Below, in pieces: positions 62,134 through 64,000 of a stretch of 64,000 nt of DNA; positions within the stretch are counted from its first letter, which is position 1, and each line of letters begins with the position of its first letter. The notes beneath the pieces were generated by a model. It did no database searches. It saw only the letters and a list, made by a program, of their open reading frames with translations, and was not told where the DNA came from. This DNA comes from a virus. Lineage: Duplodnaviria > Caudoviricetes. The stretch spans positions 5,422 to 69,421 of the IMG/VR virus record IMGVR_UViG_3300043480_000021; one strand, 5' to 3'. The translations under genes were made by a program, and so were the position numbers.

Positions 62134-62634
62134 TTAAACCAGTGCCGCGGGATTCAAACTAGCGGCTTTCAATTCGTTCAATTGCTTTTGCATCTGTGCG
62201 ATTAATCGCTCGTAATCGAGGACCCTGCATGTGCGGTAAGCCTCACCGAGCTCGATCGAAGCAACATCGAACTCGCGTTTTACTTCCCAAAAGGAACGGC
62301 GGGGCCGGTAGATCGTTCGTTCGCCGTTCTGAGCCCGGAGCCACGCGAACAGGCGCTCGGTTTCCTTCATGATTAATTCGCCGCGCTCGGCCGACGTGAA
62401 GTTCACCCCTGCGGTCCACCACCAATAGCGGCCCATAATGTTCCACCTGGTCATGTCCTCGGCGACGGTCCTTTGCCGGTAAAAGAAGTTCAAGCTTTTG
62501 GCCTGCGAATCGGGAGATATTTCGAGGAAGGTTCTCTGCAAAAGAGCTGCCGAGCCGTTTACGACCTCCTTGTTTGTTTCCGCAGATTCGACCCGCGCCA
62601 TTTGGTTTATCGTGTCGATGATCAGCTGTCCCAT
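62134..62634 (-). CDS. Hypothetical protein (166 aa)
   Basis: ORF with natural composition and a C-terminal coiled coil. Confidence 0.55.
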   Translation of the reverse strand: MGQLIIDTINQMARVESAETNKEVVNGSAALLQRTFLEISPDSQAKSLNFFYRQRTVAEDMTRWNIMGRYWWWTAGVNFTSAERGELIMKETERLFAWLRAQNGERTIYRPRRSFWEVKREFDVASIELGEAYRTCRVLDYERLIAQMQKQLNELKAASLNPAALV

Positions 62635-62858
62635 AGTTTTTATTGAGAGAAGCGAGAGTGCGGGTACTTCCTCCGCACTCTCGTCCTATCGCGGCCCTTC
62701 TGAGCGATGGGCAGACTCGAGCCGCAATCTTTTGAATTGGTATGGTCAATGTTTCTCGGGTTTTGACCTGCACAACTTCTTTTCGCTCCATTAATCTAAG
62801 ATCGTTGCAACGCGGAAGCTTTTATTCCGCATGACTGGTTCGCGAAGGCCGAGCTCGG

Positions 62859-63290
62859 CTAGCGTCCCACCGGACGAGGCGGCGCGTTGGTTATGGCGAT
62901 CGATGGCGCCGCCTCGACACTGCTCTTTGATAATTCTTCGATCCGTCGCGCGACCAGGGCCTTTAGCTCGCTGGATCCTGTTCTCATTTGTTCGCACTCG
63001 GCCTTCATCACCTGATAGGCCACGAGCTCGGACGCGAAAGTAGTGTCCAGGAGCGTCGCCCATTGCCCGGGCCGGCAAATGCACCACTCGGGACCGCCGA
63101 GATAGGGGAAGATCATTGGCAGGTCAATCTCGATCTTCTCGAGGTAGGGATCGTTATCGCCCTGTTCCTTGCGCCAGACGTGGACCGTTATCGGGCCTTT
63201 AACCACGAAGCCGTCCCTCGTGAGCATGTGCTTCATCGGGCCCTGCGCTTCGTTCAATTTTTTAGAGTTCATAAAAAGCTCCTTCCTCAC
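62859..63290 (-). CDS. Hypothetical protein
   Basis: SD GAGGAAGGAG; the start may be the second Met (MNSKK). Confidence 0.5.
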   Translation of the reverse strand: MRKELFMNSKKLNEAQGPMKHMLTRDGFVVKGPITVHVWRKEQGDNDPYLEKIEIDLPMIFPYLGGPEWCICRPGQWATLLDTTFASELVAYQVMKAECEQMRTGSSELKALVARRIEELSKSSVEAAPSIAITNAPPRPVGR

Positions 63291-63300
63291 ACACCCGCCC

Positions 63301-63606
63301 TTACCAGGGCAGCTCGCCTCGAAATATTCCGGAGACGGCCAGCAGGGCGATCACGATACCGACCCAAAAGAAGGCGGTCCAGAATTGCCGCACCTTTAGC
63401 TGGCGTAGTTCGCGCCGGGCGACTTCCAGGACGATCGGGATGCAACGGGCACAGGTCCCGCCGCGGTTAACCACACGAACAACGCCGCAGCCGGCGCAGA
63501 GGAAAACGTTCTTTGAATGGCCGGGAAAGTCGACAACTTTTTTGTCGGGTTGTAGATTTTGCATAATTTTCTCGGTTTTGTTCAGGGCCGGGCGTATCCC
63601 ATACAT
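63301..63606 (-). CDS. Small Zn-ribbon + TM protein
   Basis: CAGC...CARC then TM FWTAFFWVGIVIALLAVSGIF. Confidence 0.55.
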   Translation of the reverse strand: MYGIRPALNKTEKIMQNLQPDKKVVDFPGHSKNVFLCAGCGVVRVVNRGGTCARCIPIVLEVARRELRQLKVRQFWTAFFWVGIVIALLAVSGIFRGELPW

Positions 63607-63628
63607 CGCGCCCGGCCTGTCGTGCGTT

Positions 63629-64000
63629 CTACCCCTGGATCGTTTTTACTGCTCCTTCCCTTGCTCGATAAGAAAGGGAAGCGGCTTCGTCCCGAACTCC
63701 GCCGCCTCCCGCGGGGCAATGCCTATTTTGCGCCGCGATCTCTTCTAAAACTTTCCGCGATCTGGAGTAGACCGCGCCTTCCGTGAATAGGGTTGCGCCG
63801 TTCGAAACTTCTTCGAAGGCTTCGTCCTCAGCTGAATCCGTGAAGAGCTCTCCAGATATGGTTTCCTGTCGCCGGCGGAATGCGGTACGCACGTCAAGAA
63901 AGTAGGTGACCGCAACCGGCGGTATGGCCTCGATCTCGTCGGCACCGTTCTCGAGCCGGTAAATGTTAAGAGCCTTTCCGTTGGTATAGTCGAAGTTCAT
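63629..64000 (-). CDS. Hypothetical protein (may extend beyond the window)
   Basis: ORF abuts the right edge; no motif recognised. Confidence 0.4.
   Translation of the reverse strand: MNFDYTNGKALNIYRLENGADEIEAIPPVAVTYFLDVRTAFRRRQETISGELFTDSAEDEAFEEVSNGATLFTEGAVYSRSRKVLEEIAAQNRHCPAGGGGVRDEAASLSYRAREGAVKTIQG

Larger units (their letters stand above)
1..64000 (-). mobile_element. Tailed dsDNA phage/prophage genome segment, podovirus-like (partial; no ends, att sites or integrase in window)
   Basis: Co-oriented minus-strand genes with ATGA-type overlaps, in canonical order: replication, TerS, TerL, portal, scaffold, capsid, adaptors, tail, lysis, ejection proteins. No tape-measure gene and no host housekeeping block. 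Confidence 0.95.

Noticed and set aside
62140-62170. GGATTCAAAC resembling a reversed tRNA T-loop
   Set aside because: It lies within the coding end of 62134-62634 and no cloverleaf can be built.
1-64000. Integrase, attachment sites, repressor switch, rRNA or tRNA genes
   Set aside because: None recognised in the window, so lifestyle (temperate versus lytic) cannot be settled from this segment.

Overview
The whole window is a segment of a GC-rich tailed phage or prophage genome with podovirus-like architecture. Almost every real gene is on the minus strand. The long plus-strand ORFs in the track are antisense shadows. In transcription order (right to left) the modules are: (1) early/replication genes (RusA-like resolvase, ParB-family protein, DnaB helicase, a DUF6948-like gene coupled to a (Gly-X)46 repeat ORF, and a replication initiator containing iterons); (2) small accessory ORFs, a metallopeptidase-like gene and a PAPS-reductase-family gene; (3) packaging and head genes (TerS, TerL with a long C-terminal extension, portal, an ECF sigma factor with a small TM partner, scaffold, major capsid); (4) adaptor and tail genes, one ending in an intein-like Hint domain; (5) an unusual lysis cassette (YkuD-like enzyme with TM helices, spanin-like pair, TM-PAS protein, holin-like protein); (6) ejection proteins. 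The last gene is a giant ORF missing from the supplied track because it has no stop inside the window: 15866 to <1, at least 5288 aa by my manual translation. It carries lytic transglycosylase, Strawberry-notch-like SF2 helicase and N6-adenine methyltransferase domains. It also contains a 120-aa gene with its own strong Shine-Dalgarno overprinted in the +1 frame (7757-8119). Other notable signals are a G13 tract that controls the frame of an HTH gene and a series of long-stem terminator-like RNA structures inside the late operon. I saw no integrase, tRNA, rRNA or CRISPR array. All family assignments come from motif recognition by eye, not database searches. The host may be Acidobacteriota (Blastocatellia-like), a weak inference from the DnaB and sigma factor sequences.
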